Below are positions 21,101 to 34,224 of a stretch of DNA of 40,676 bases, one piece after another. Below the pieces are notes generated by a model. It did not search any database. It worked only from the letters and a program-made list of their open reading frames with translations, and was not told the DNA's origin. Position 1 is the stretch's first letter. Every line of letters starts with the position of its first letter. A program made the position numbers and the translations under genes. Origin of the DNA: Catajapyx aquilonaris (Eukaryota); NCBI GenBank assembly GCA_000934665.2, contig JYFJ02003510.1, positions 1 to 40,676 of the forward strand. The letters run 5' to 3'.

Positions 21101-24100
21101 CGGTAGGTATACTAGACATGAGGGTTTGTAGTTTGCAGTAAGGTCTAAATTCACATCTGCATGTGACTCAGACTTGCAGGGAATCATGCTTTTGAATGTG
21201 CCATTCAGTGCTGATGCAGGGGAAGGGAAGGGAGTTGGCACAGAATTGTTCTCAGGAAAGTGTAAATGTAAAGTGTCTCAGCCTCATGCACATATGAGTT
21301 TAGATCTTTGCCCTTTGGGATGATTGTTTCTCAAGCATTTATTCTAGGGACTGTAATTATTATTGCTCTAGCACAAACCTATAACTTGAATGTCAGAGTG
21401 TACTACATGATTGTTATGGACTACTGTATAATAATAATAATAATAATTTGATACCCCATTATCAGCCTACGGGCTTTCCTAGGGGGGGATTTCTCCCAAT
21501 TTTTTTGTCTGGAACTCTTTCCATTTTTTACTATTTTCTCATCACCGGAATGAAGCAGGGAAAGGGAAGGAAGGAGGCGGCTGTGGCCTATATTACGGTA
21601 ACGACCCCGGAATTATCCTGCAAGGACCATGGGAAACCACAGAAAACCATGATCAGGGTCGCCGGCCTCCGGGATTCGAACCCAGGACCTCCCGATTAGC
21701 AGTCGGACACCATACCACTACACCACTACTGCTTCGGTGGACTACTGTATAAAATGCCTCACTCAATTTTGACAAAACTTTGCATTTCAGGTCTTCACAT
21801 GAAATATTATAGTCAAGCTAGATAAGAATTATTCCAAAAATGTAAACTGCACTGCTTTACTGCAAAGGATTTTAAAAAGTGCCATTATGGGGGTTGTAAG
21901 AAATTACAAATACTGCATTTACATAACAAATTACTGGGCATTGGATCCAGTGATTTATTATTAAAACTGGACACTTATCCAGTTAAATCACTGGATCCAA
22001 TGAATATCATGTAAGTCAGTAAGATAGTATGGTAGCTAAGCTTGGCCATCTTGTTTAGATTCTTGTAAGTGGAGTTGTGCACGATGCTCATTTTTTCAGA
22101 TGATGAGGCTAGGAAGGAGTTGAGAGAACTGCAAGAAGCATGCCAGAGCAACATAGATGAATACATACTGATGCTCGAGTCCAAAGTTCGATTCCGTCTC
22201 GGAGACATGGCTCAAAATGACATGGTAGTGACTCAGATGTTGAGTAGATGCAGTGACTCTTTGGTAGTTTCTCTAGAGGAAAGGCACACGGAAATCTACA
22301 AAAGTGCAGAGGTAGAGTATGCACACCCTATATTACCTAGAATTTGACGCAATTTATATTTCACTTTGTAGATATATAATCTCTACACCGAGATACACCT
22401 CATTCTGCAGGCTATTGCAAGACCTCATTTTTTACACTGTCACAAAGATATCCAACAACTAAGAACAGACCAAGATTGGCAATCATCTCATTCATCTGTT
22501 ATTACATTCATGTCAAAAAAATATCAAAACTGTGGGTTGGTAATATTATTCCAGCAATCAAATAGTATTGGTTCCAGAATGAGCTGGGTTTCCTCGTTGC
22601 CCTGTGTAATGGTGGTCATATAAACTCAAAGAAATCTCTGATGCATAATGGAAATTCTGCCTAATTTGTTTTCATGCAATTGATCCTACATAACATGGTT
22701 CTATTAGAAAAGGTTTTATGTATAAGCTAGGTGGAATGCTAGTGGTTTTGTCCCAGGCTTCCAGAAAATGAGGTCTTGCATCTACCATCTCCATGACAGG
22801 CAGGAGATATTCCCATATGGAAAATTTTAATGGGTCATTCCATTTGTTCACATAGATTTTCTTGAGTTTTGTTAAATAGATTTCTCCCAGTTTTAAAATC
22901 CATCATTATTAGGTGTTAAATCCATGGGTTCATTGTATTGTACTTACCTGGTCATTTCTGACTGCCCCTTAATGGGATCAATGCCTATACAGTATGATTG
23001 TATGATGCATTGTACCGTATCGTATTGTATTGTAAATCCATTTAGCAGGTCTCACTACTTGCACTCTCCTGCTTGCTTTTTCCAGAATCAGTGGAATGAG
23101 TCAGCTAAGGCCTTGCACACTTTTGTGGCGGCAATGGAGACACACATCATGTCCATCCAGTCTTTGTGGTCAGAGTTTTACCAAAAGCGGGAGAATGCTT
23201 GGAGCCAGTATAACCGAACTCTGCTTCAGCTGGATGAGGCACTTGAACGAGATGTGACTGGGCGCCGAAAGCGAATGACTGATACAGAGTCTGCGATAAA
23301 TATTGCATTAGATGATAAGCTTTTGCAAAATTTGATGCGTACCTTACGGGGAAACCTCTCAGCCATAACGGATGCTTATGCAACCACAGCTTCCAAGAAA
23401 CGAGATGCCCTCAATTTACTCCAGCAGACCCTACATTCATGTATTGCTCAGTATTGTGAAAAACTCCCTCAGACCCTTCAGGAAGGCCGCCGTGGAATGG
23501 CGGAGATAATGCTTGGATTAAATACAATGTCAACTACAGACTCATATCAGGCACCCAAGACCACATATGAGCCTGGTACACCCTTTGGACAGAGCGGGCC
23601 TTGGATCATACCAGAATCTCAAGAAATATCAGATGACCTCAGGACAGTCTCTGGAAACTCACGATCTGCAGCAGGATCACAGAAGGGGGCCAGTCAGGCC
23701 CAAAAGAGGCGCATGAGAGCCATGGAGGATGCAATGGCTAGGATGGCTGATGAGAGGGAAATAATTATACAGCAGGCGATGGAGGTTTTGACTAAACCTC
23801 AATTGCCATGGCATCTTCATCCAGTGTTACCAGAGGGAACCATGGAAGACCTACGTGACAGAATAGACGAACAATGTGTGCTACATGGGGAACAGATCCG
23901 GATGACTTTGGTTCTGGCTGAAGTGACCCAGGAGGTCACTGATATTGCACAAGCTGAAAGAGAGTATGAGAATCGAAGGCAAGAAATGTTATTGGAATCA
24001 TCAACTGTAGAGGATAAGATTTTTGCACCTCGCCTTCTTCAAATCCAAAAGCACCGGCAGTGGTACAAAGAGTACAACAAACTTGTTGCAAAATGTGTGG

Positions 24101-27100
24101 ACCGGATCACAAAATGCAACAAAGAAATGGTTTCCTACAAGTTGGAATTAATGAAATCATTGCGACCAAAGGTTTGTAGTGATGAAAGGTGGAATGTGTT
24201 GCAAAGGTTATCTTGTTTATGTGCCATTGGTCAAATAAGATATTTGAGGATATTGGTGCATGTTGTAAAAATACACATCCTGTAACAGACACTTGTTATA
24301 CTTGTTTTAGGATGGGCTTCACTTTCTCTAAAATATCATTCCAAATATTACTGGTACTGGAAATGATGATGATGATTACAATCAGCTTCAATAAACTGAT
24401 TCTAGATAATTCCAAAGGTGCCAAAGGATTGGTGCCATAAGTTTTAGTGACTTAGGCCTATTTATAGTAACATAACATGAAAAAGTGAAAGTCAGGTTTG
24501 CCCTATCAATTATAATTCCCAAATAAAATTCAAATTCAGTGCAATTTTTCTTATTCTAATTAACCAGCAGAACCAGGAACATTAGATAATTTGCACTCGA
24601 ATTTTTATGGCATTTGGCAGATGATAGATCTGATTTTCAGAGTTGCCAGTATATAATATTGTCGACTAAACCCACTGAAATTAATGCGACTGTAATTAAT
24701 GCGACTGAAATCGTGGTTCTCCATTGTATTTCCCCTTTTTATGGGGCATTAAGCTGTGTAATCAATGTTACAAAATCGTTATATTATTAAATATATCACA
24801 TTATAGGGGAGGTGTAGATGGCCGAGATGGTAACGTCTCGGCTTGCTGAGTGAAAGGCCCCGGGTTCGATCCCCACCTGGTGAACTTTCCTTTCACCTGC
24901 GTCAGGAGGGTCTCTGACCTGCACCAAGGAGGTGTCTGGCAACCTAACCTCCTGGGGAACAGCACAAGACCCCTTTACCAACATTGTACTTGCACCTATG
25001 TTCCCTCCCCAAAAATCCCTTTCCTTACCCCATGTCCTTTCATCCTTGCACCGGAGTTAGAAGAAAAAGCAGAAAATTGCAGGAAAAATGGTGGTATTCC
25101 ACTCCCCTATAAGGGCCTATGGCCCTATCACGGGGTAACGTAAAAAAAAAATCACATTAGCGAACAGTATTCACTATTCAGGCACTATTTAGAAAGGATG
25201 GAAAAAACGATATAAATTATCTAAGGTTCCTAATACTTTCTGTGGTGATTTACACAGGAAAAAGTAACAAAATTACTACAGTAATTTCATGTGACTTCTG
25301 CAATACCAGACGAGATAGACAAAACTGACAGTGAGTGTCACTTTTCCATCTTACATTATTAGGAACAACTTCCATAATATATTGGGGTTTTTCGTGGCAA
25401 AAATTATCTTGCAACACATTCTCGTCTACTTTGGATCATAACAGCCTCACAGAATGTATCAAAATTAAAGTCAAAATTTTCACCTCTGGCTGTGTAGGCA
25501 AAGGACATGGAGGATGAAGCAATGAAGACAGAGAGGGCACTAGAACTGCGTGAGTGTGTCCAATCCTTGGATTCATGGTACGCAACCGAAACCAACACCA
25601 TAGAAAATCACATTCAAGGAATGTTGGACTACTTTAAAGCAGATGTAGAGGAAGTGTCTAAAGCAGGAAAAAGTGCTCTTGAGATAATGACGTCATCTGT
25701 CACGGGATATCCAACTGAGGAGATCAAGAAATTCACAGCAGATGTAAATGTAACAGCTCAAAAAATTTCTAAGGCTATGGGTAAGCTGGAGAAGACTCTA
25801 TCCAGCGTAGGCAAGCAAATAGTCACCGCAGTCAACAAGATGAGGGATAGCAGCTTGAATGGATGCTTGCAGGTAGTGTAAACTTACTCAAAATTATCTG
25901 AAGTTTCAAGATTTTCATGTATTAATTAATAATTAGATTGTTATATTGCATGAGTTTCTATGAATGCATTATTTAAGCCTATTCAGTGCTAACTCAATTG
26001 TCATATTACATAGGAAGTAAAGGCAAAGAAATTCAAAAAGTATGGGTGACCAGATTTGAGAAAAATGCACATCTGGTGACTATAAGGTATGCAGACAAAC
26101 CATTCTAACCCGCCTACCTCCTTCACCCACCCAATAAATTATTTCCTCTTTAAAAATTGAGCAACTCCAAATAGGCCCAATGAACCTCCTATATTTTCCA
26201 GGAACTTGAGTGTGACCTCGACCTGATTGAACGTATGACCTACTTGCGACGTTTGGCCAATACAATGTTGAAGAGTGAGTGTGTCCGTTGTGAACTTCAT
26301 CGCAAAAAGTTACATAATCACATGGACGCCATAGAGAAAATAAAGCTATCAGATGACAGTAATATCCCTAATGCAATTGAACTTATTGAAGAGGCAGCAG
26401 AGTTGGCCAAGGAACGCAACATCTACCTCACCCTGATCCCCCACATGGAGCAAGTATCAGAAGAAGCTTTCGTCAGCTCCATGAGTCAAATTGAATTTGT
26501 AGACATAGAAAGCATGCTCCCAGCAGCCCTTACAACCAAAATAGATACATTAAAGAAGAAGGGACCTGCATCCCAGAAGGGTGGATCTCAGAAGAGCAGC
26601 TCTGGAGGATCTTCCAGGGGGAAGGATGCTCCTCCGGCCTCAACAAAGGGCAGCAACACTGCCCTCCTGCTGGGCAAAAAAGCCCAGGGTCCCGTCATGT
26701 ACAATGACTACCGCCCATTCTTGTGGGGATCAAGTAAGCCACCTACTGAAGAACAGCCTTATTCTTTCCTAAGTGGGGTCAAGTCCCTCACCTTTAAATA
26801 TGTGGACACTTCACAAATCGTACTGCAGGAGTACTATACAAGCAAGAAGAAGAGACCTGCTCATAGACCTGACTTAATTTTTGATAATTATGACAAAGCG
26901 ATATATACTGAGAGCATGCAGGCAATAGACATTGTTGGGAAAGCAGAAATCGAGGTGCAGGAATACAGGAAAGGTGAGGTCATGCAGAATTACTTTGTAG
27001 GCTGACAACTATTTGTGAATGTACTATTGGTATTATAAAGTGTGTAGAGGAATGGTAATGTGACACAAGTATCAGTAAAGATCCAGAATATCAATTTCCA

Positions 27101-29388
27101 ACAACACTATCAATGTTGAACTTGCTTCAGTGATTAAACTTGAAACAATGCAGTGAACATCAGCCTATCCTAATTTATCTACTCTAGTGTTCCGCATGTT
27201 GGATTACTTATGAACATAAAATTACTCTGACTGAAAAAAGTATGCCAGGATGTTGTGGGTGAGGGAGTCAAATGTAGACAAAATTAATGTGACGGCATTT
27301 GTAATATTGTTCTTGAAAAGTGAAAGGTATCATTCCTTTTAATCCCATTTAGAATTAGCTGGTGACCTGTCCCGCCTGGAGAGCCTTACTTCAGAGGTGA
27401 TGCTACATGCCATACGTCCATTGATGACTCACCACTGTGAGAAATTGTATGTTAATCACCAACATGCCACCTCCTCCCTGTGCCAAGGTCGTGATGTCCT
27501 TCGAAACGTTCGTGATGAACTGGCCCACCGACTCAAGTCTGGTATGGCCCATCCATTGCGTGCAGGTGAGCTTGAGTCACATAATGAAGATGCTCATGAC
27601 AAATGGCAAAACTCCATTGAGGAAACTGAGCAGTATTTCGAGAACTGGGAAGAAGACACAAGAATCCTGGGCAATGAATTCTTGATTGAGCTTGATAACA
27701 AAGTCAGAGAACTGTTCAACATTCTCGACATGATAACATTTCCACATGAACTAAATGGATACACAGCATCAGTTCAGCTGGAGGCTCCACCTGAGGAGGA
27801 GCAGGGGGGACCTCCTTTGTTTGATGTGCACCTAATGGAGAGTAAGGAACCAGAGGCAAAGGCTGCAAGGCTCAGCATCACACCAGAAAGCATAGAGAAC
27901 TCTGACTCCATGATATCAGTCAAAGCACCTAAAAGAGGGAGTAGCATAAGCCTACCTGACAACATCTTGACAATGGGGCTAGTGTCATCATCATGGCCAC
28001 AACTGATGCAATATGAATGGCTAGGTGGAGAACCTATTGGAAAGAAGCTGAAGGCTATGAAAATATCTCAAGCGCACCAAGCTATTATAAAAGCAAGGGA
28101 TGAGGCTTATGAGGTATATCAATGCTTATTGCAATCATGCTTTACAAACTGTCATCACAAGCTGTACAGTACAACCTGTATGTAATGGAACCTTGACTGA
28201 GGAATTTTGTTTGATCCTGTGGAGCACTTTCAATGAATTTTTGAAGTTTATAATGTTTTTTTTTTTTTTCTTAGAATGAAGTGACTCTACTACATACAGG
28301 TTTCATTACATGTAGTGGCCTGCATGCAGATCTCATAAGTTTTCTTTCGGATGCAAAGTGGCTCTTGAAGGCGTCACAAACAAAATAATGAACATGTAAT
28401 CCTGCCACATTACAAAGTAGGACTCAAAATACTCCAAATATTTTGTGACATATCAGAAAAAAACATTATAATCAAAAGCATACACCAATTTATAGAATTT
28501 GCTGCAAATGCATCCGATTGCAAAATACTACACTGCAGATTTCATGTAACATTGCACAGTTGCCTCTGTCAGATGCTGACATACCAGTAGAATAGCAGAT
28601 GCAAATAACTTTGAGTGAAATTTTCATCCCACTGCTAGTTACTGCTAACTTAGCGGTACTAGTATTGGCCATGGTACTGCTAAGTTAACAGTAACTCACT
28701 AGCCGTGGGACGAAAATTCCACCCTTTGCCAATAGGGGTTATAGATAACAGCCTCCCTGGTGTCATGCAGTGGACACTTTTTTTCTATTTGGTGTTCTGG
28801 AATACTGACCTCAACACAGGTTATATTTTTTGGGACAAGGAACATATCGAATGTAGAATAGAGATCTGGAATAGTTACCACTCACCTAATCTCATGCTCT
28901 TATTAGCGCTATGTAAACAGCAACATACAGCTATGAAAATCGAACTTGTGCTTTCAATATTATTTCATTATACACAAACTACATAAATTATTTGGATGAT
29001 AGATTTTTAAAATAAGCTACAGGCATAAATACTTGACGAAATAAATATCTTATCATTAATAAGTAGGTTTGGCAACGTCCTGCATTCATTTGTTTGTAAG
29101 ATCACTATTCTCCTATCCTTGCAAGGGCAATAACAGGCATTTAATATGAGTACATGTTTCTCTCTATTGATGTAGCATTTCCGTATTAGCTTTTATGTTT
29201 AAGCAGGAAAGTAACTGTCTCACCACTTGACTATATCTGTTACTTTCTTGCAACAGATATACGAAGAGAAGCTCATGTCAGTTGTGAAAGAACTACACAC
29301 CATCACGATGATGATTGAGAAGGAAGACTCCATATGGATTCAGCACTGGGAATCAGATGTTGCTGCAGTACAAGACCTGTATAACTAG
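18193..29388 (+). CDS. CCDC180: Coiled-coil domain-containing protein 180 (CFAP76-like, DUF4455/DUF4456; motile cilium/flagellum protein)
   Basis: Exons 18193-18212, 18299-18869, 20507-20939, 22100-22311, 23086-24171, 25498-25872, 26202-26973, 27353-28113, 29257-29388 join in phase. Segments AYLLPKDVQ...SNLRAY...WEDFLDKWK, KKKRPAHRPD, LKSGMAHP, AHQAIIKARDEAY and C-terminal W..HW...V..VQDLY resemble CCDC180. Confidence 0.8.
18994..19237. mobile_element. MITE with ~30-bp TIR and 4-bp ATTT target duplication (Sola-like)
   Basis: ATTT|GAAGAGCACAGGGAAAAAAGGGGGAATGTCA ... TGACATTCCCCCTTTTTCCCCTGTGCTCTTC|ATTT. Superfamily inferred only from the AWWT duplication. Confidence 0.75.
19431..19681 (+). 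mobile_element. tRNA-derived SINE (family A head/body, B-box deleted)
   Basis: Head ACCGAAGCAG..TAGTGTAGTGG and body GGTTTTCCATGGTCC..CAGGATAATTCCGGGG..TAGGCCACAGC..CTTCCTTCC, shared with 21432-21737. TSD AATAACT(T/G)ATTAAATG at 19415-19430 and 19682-19697. Confidence 0.85.
19891..20452. mobile_element. Tc1/mariner-type foldback MITE with ~190-bp near-identical TIRs
   Basis: TA|CAGGGTGTTTATTGTAACTCTGCAAAGACTTTCAGGGG ... CCCCTGAAAGTCTTTGCAGAGTTACAATAAACACCCTG|TA. Explains the mirror-image ORFs in the six-frame track. Confidence 0.93.
21432..21737 (-). mobile_element. Full-length tRNA-derived SINE (family A)
   Basis: On the minus strand: A box TGGTGTAGTGG, anticodon-like arm TCCGA-CTGCTAA-TCGGG, B box GGTTCGAATCC, (ATT)n tail. 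Perfect 15-bp TSD TGGACTACTGTATAA at 21417-21431 and 21738-21752. Confidence 0.93.
22416..22780. mobile_element. Possible old MITE remnant
   Basis: 16-bp inverted pair TGCAAGACCTCATTTT / AAAATGAGGTCTTGCA about 350 bp apart; no TSD recognised. Confidence 0.4.
24804..25150 (+). mobile_element. Full-length tRNA-derived SINE (family B)
   Basis: A box TGGCCGAGATGG, B box GGTTCGATCCC, A-rich tail. TSD ATCACATTA at 24795-24803 and 25151-25159. Confidence 0.9.
28167..28308. mobile_element. Short decayed pogo-like MITE
   Basis: TA|CAGTACAACCTGTATGTAATGGA and inverted TCTACTACATACAGGTTTCATTA (shared core AACCTGTATGTA). Confidence 0.5.
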
Positions 29389-29535
29389 GATGCTTGCTGA
29401 TTTATGTGGATCATTCTTACAAAAAAACAAGTATGAGGCGTGACACCTCTCACATTTTCCACCATTCCAACCCTTGTGAAGCACAAATATATTTGGGTTT
29501 TGTTGCAAACTGAAAGTTTTCTTGTGCCCTTTGGC

Positions 29536-32500
29536 TTAATGAAACAAGGTGAACTTTCCCTTTCTTGGCATCTTTCCCTCACAGTCCGAAAGTCCAGCTT
29601 CAATGTCACTGTAGGCAGGGAGATGTTTAAGATCACCCAGGGATGCCACAGATGGTTTCGTTCGAAGCATGCGAAGAACTACACGGTGTATATCCTCTGC
29701 TGATACTGAGTCTGGGGAGGTATGAAGAAAAACAGAAATATTACAGGTCAACTCATAATCACTGTAACATCTAAAACTGCAGCCAAGCAAATGCAGGGTG
29801 GCTGGATGATTACAACACAACATGAATGGTTTCCTAGGTCGTCCGACCTGACCCTAATGGATTTTTCCTTTAGGGTCGTTTGGATAACCTTGCCTACTAG
29901 GTTAAGGACAAGGTTTGCAACTGATCCCTGCACAGGGATAGCTGTGGTTATACCCATACACGCTGCAAAACAAGTACTGAAGTTAAATATTACATGTTTG
30001 TTTTATCAAGCTACCTGAAGTGCCTACATCAAAATTTATTTTAAAAACCTGTTGAAGAGATAGCTTTGAAACTTACTCTATGGCACAATGCAATGATGAA
30101 ACTCAGAGATGTGTATAATTTGAAGAACAAATTTTTAGTTTCCTGTCATAATCATTTGAACATCTTGTATTCAGCCTGCTTGCAATGCAGCTGATTTTAT
30201 CTGACAAATAGTTCTTAATCTCGGCAGCATCCAAAAATGTACAGCCACATCAATTACACTTCAAAACTGTACTATGCATTTGCATCTCAAAAATTCTTGG
30301 ATTTAGGTATGCAAGGCATTGTAGACACTTCCAGCTGCCAATAGAAGGGCTTTCCTAATATTTAAATGTAGAAAACTAAAACACATTCATTCACATAAAA
30401 TGAAGATAAATAAACATACCAATCTGCTTCATAAAGTGCTCAGGCCTCTTTCTGTGACCTGTGACTAGCACCTGCCTTCCAATATCTTCAAATACTACGG
30501 GTCTGGCCTCAAGATTCATGAGTAGCATGGACTGCAGTTGCTTCTTGGCTCTCCCCAACTCAGTCTCCCCAATGTTCCCTGCCATTGCAGCAATCTCTCT
30601 AACCACAATGCCAGTCAGATCAGCCAGGCGGTCAGGTGGGGCACTAGCATGAATGCAGAACAACCCTGTGTCTACATAAGAGTGGTTGTATGCTGTGGCT
30701 GAATACATCCAATGATGCCTGTTTAAAACATTGGTATACAGTCGAGTGTACATTCCTTTTCCAGGACCACCAGCACTGAAAGAACCTCCCCCACCCATAA
30801 GGACATTGAGAACACAGCAGGGCACAAAGTCCGGGTCCTGGTGAGAGGTGCTTTCCAGGCCTATGGCAATATGTGCCAACTCAGGCAAGGGAGAAGGACC
30901 TGGCTGCAGATTAGAGAGATCGCGTTCCAGCTGAACCAATCCGCCAGTATATTGAGATACGGAACCATCCACTGCCAACTCAGGACGTTCAATCAAAACT
31001 TCTGTGTCCCATGAAGTTTCCATATCTATGAAGTACCTGAAAGGAGAGCTACACTTTAATATCCTTTATCAATTTGATGATTGTAAAGTTTACCCTATTA
31101 TGTTCTCACCATGCCGGAAAGTTTAATGTACACACAGGCAAAAGCTGGCAAAAGCAATGTATTTGTCACAAGCCAAAGTAGGTGCACAGTAATGAAAAGA
31201 AACTCTAACAACATAACAAAAAAAAATTTAAAAGGCTACATTTGCAACTAGTGTGCAATGTGAGGTCGATAATGCTGGTTGGGAGGGTGGCAAATGATTT
31301 GCATTGCAATACTGGTAACTGTGCACTTACTCTTCACTCATGACTATAGAGTCTGGGACCTTGGTCTGGATTTTTAGGCAAATGCCTATTGAGTTCCTTA
31401 ACAGTTGGGATGGTTTTGTGAAGAGATCTATCTGTTTCATAAGTGCAGGATGTGGAAAATGTAGGTTTTATAGTGCCTAAAATGGCTTATTTCGTGGTTT
31501 TAGGAACAATTTTGCCTATTCTGGCTTTTTTGCGACTTTTCATGCCTACGAGGGTTGATTCATAAGTCATGGTGTGTATTATTTTATTCAAAAACTGTGA
31601 CACATACCGAGACTTTGCTGAGTTTTGAAGATCCGCCGATTACAATTTTATCTGGCATATACTATGTATAGAATCCGCCCATATTGCAAGGGGGCTGGAA
31701 AACAAAAGGGGATCGTGACCCCCTCACCGCACCATCGCCCTATGACGGCCCGAGCCTGATGCGCTTGGAGCTGTTGGACGCTGCGAGCAGGACACTTGGA
31801 AATGGACAACAATGGAGCTTGCTTTCGAGTGAGGGACAAGTCAGAGCACTATGACCGGAGGCATGTGTCATCCATCGCCACAAAGTTTTAAAAAACCATC
31901 TCCCTCAATGCGATAAAGTTCCAAGCGAGGGCAAAATGGCGGCACTTTTGCACCGCAAAGAGATGGCAAGGAACCAGTGAGGATGCCAACTTCCTCAGAC
32001 CTTTCAGTCCTTCAGAGTCCTCTCAGTGCTCTGACTTGTCCCACACTCGAAATCAAGCTCCCATGTTGTCCATCACCGAGTGTCCAGCATGCAGCATCGA
32101 ACAGCTACAAACGCGTCAGGCTCGGGCCGTCTTAGGGCGATGGTGCGGTGGGGGGGTTCCATTCCCCCTTTGTTTCCCCACACCCCCGCGATATGGGCGA
32201 CATCTATATGCCACATAAAGTTGTAATAGCCGGATATTCAAAACTCATCAAAGATCATCTATGTATATGTTACCGTTTTTGAATTAAAAAATACGCGCCA
32301 TGACTTATGAATCAACCCACGTATTTGGCCTTTTTTGGGATAGTTTTTGAACTTTTAGAAGCAATTTCTTTTTGGGCCTATTACGTATACCTATTTCTTA
32401 AGAGGCATGTTCGGTTTTTTGTGCTCCTGAAAGGACAAAAATTGTTCAGAAATAATATGACAATTCATGTTTCCATGACGCTTACGTCAAATACCAATCA

Positions 32501-34193
32501 GAGGAAAATTTAGAAAAATATTTGACAACATATTGTGCAAGTGGAAATTGGCTATACAAGCAGTAGAGTCCAGAGCAAGTGATACTTGCTTGCACTTTGT
32601 GTCGAGCTTTGTACCTTTTGCCCAAGTTTCGTGATTCCCTGTCAGTTTGTCGTTGTTATTCGGTTATTGGTATGGTTTGTGATCTTATATTTATACTTTA
32701 GGTCTATGAAATTATTCTAGCTTTTTTATTTCCTGTAACATTATCCTCCATACTCCCAAAAAAAGTAAAATATTTGTGCCCATTTGTGGATTTTTTCATG
32801 CCTATTTCGGGGGTTTTTGTGCCTAAAAATCCGGACTCTAACAACCCAACAAAACATCCTACAAAACTTACTTCTGAGCACATTCAACCAGAGCATCATG
32901 ATCTACCCCAACCCCGGCTAACACCATCCTCTTTGGAGAGAAGTGATGCTTAAGGTACGTGAAGATCATCTGACGATCAATCCGGTCGACATTTTCCACT
33001 GGGCATATCTTGGGTAGTCCCAGTGTGTTGTCTTGGTAAGCAGCCTTAAATGAGAAGAACATTCAGCGAAGATTCCATTAACAATATACTGTGGCTGACA
33101 ATGTCAACACTTGTGATTGATGATGAAGGAATTAATGAAGAAAATGTATTATGATATGCTGGTTAAGAAAGCCTTCACATGCAAAATTCGGAAAAACTAT
33201 TACTTATGTAAACATCCAGATAAACTTGTTAAGCTGACCAGCTTTTAAACTCACAGAATGAATGATTTCCATAAGGAGTGGCTCCTGATCAGGCCTCATG
33301 TCTATATCCTCTAGCTCAAACTTGATAGCCATCTTGGTGGCCTCTATTTCTTCTGGAGTGACCAGAGGTCTCAGAGCAGCATCACCAATAATCTTGACAA
33401 TAGAATCCAATCCACGGCTGTCAGCTGAAGCTGCATATATGAAGGTGTCCCTAGAGCTCTGACAGTCACATATGCCGCCATGCTTCTCTAGCACTTGGAG
33501 TATGTGATCACGGCTGGAAAATTCTCTTGTTGTCTGTTGGTGATTAGAATAGCATTAAAATCTGTCCCTGCAAGTGCTTGTGACTTCTTTCTTACCCCAA
33601 ATGCAAGCTTTTCCAAAAAGTGTGAAATCCCACTGGGATAGGCCACTTCATAGCGTGATCCAGAATCAATCACAACTGAAAGATATAAAGGCTGATGTAT
33701 ATTTTAAATCATTTTGTGACAAAGTACTTTTTTGTAACATCTCCATCAAATTGCTTCCATGGGCACCTGCACAAAAATAATGACATGCACCTGGCTGTTT
33801 GATATCACCAATAAATTTGCATGCGACTTATAAGCTAACATCCTTGCATGGTGGTCTACATCGACTGCTAGCAATACTGTTCACTCAAAGTAAGTTTGGA
33901 GGTAGCCAGCACTAGCTGCCACCATACTGAACTGATGGGGGGCGACACGGTGGTCGAGTGGTTAGCGCCTCAGCCTCCCACCTCTAAGGTCCCGAGTTCG
34001 ATCCCCGGGTCGGACGAAGGATACTTATGTGGATAGAGTTTCGATGGGTTCTCTCCGTGTTCGCGTGGGTTTTCTCGGGGTTCTCCCGTTTCCTCCCACT
34101 ACCAAAATCCATCACATGTCAGGCAAATGATTAAAGTCGGGTTTTCAAAAGATGATCCCCTAAGAGGCCCAAGGGGCCTATCACGGGGTATCC

Positions 34194-34224
<31 letters not shown>

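Noticed and set aside
21660..21737. tRNA-Ser(GCT)-like gene on the minus strand (also tRNA-like heads at ~24810 and ~33945)
   Set aside because: A/B boxes and an anticodon arm are present, but there is no acceptor stem or long Ser variable arm. Each runs into a SINE body, tail and TSD.
31648..32218. Pair of similar small ORFs on opposite strands (MSLTRKQAP / MSHTRNQAP)
   Set aside because: They are the two arms of the foldback MITE, not a gene pair.
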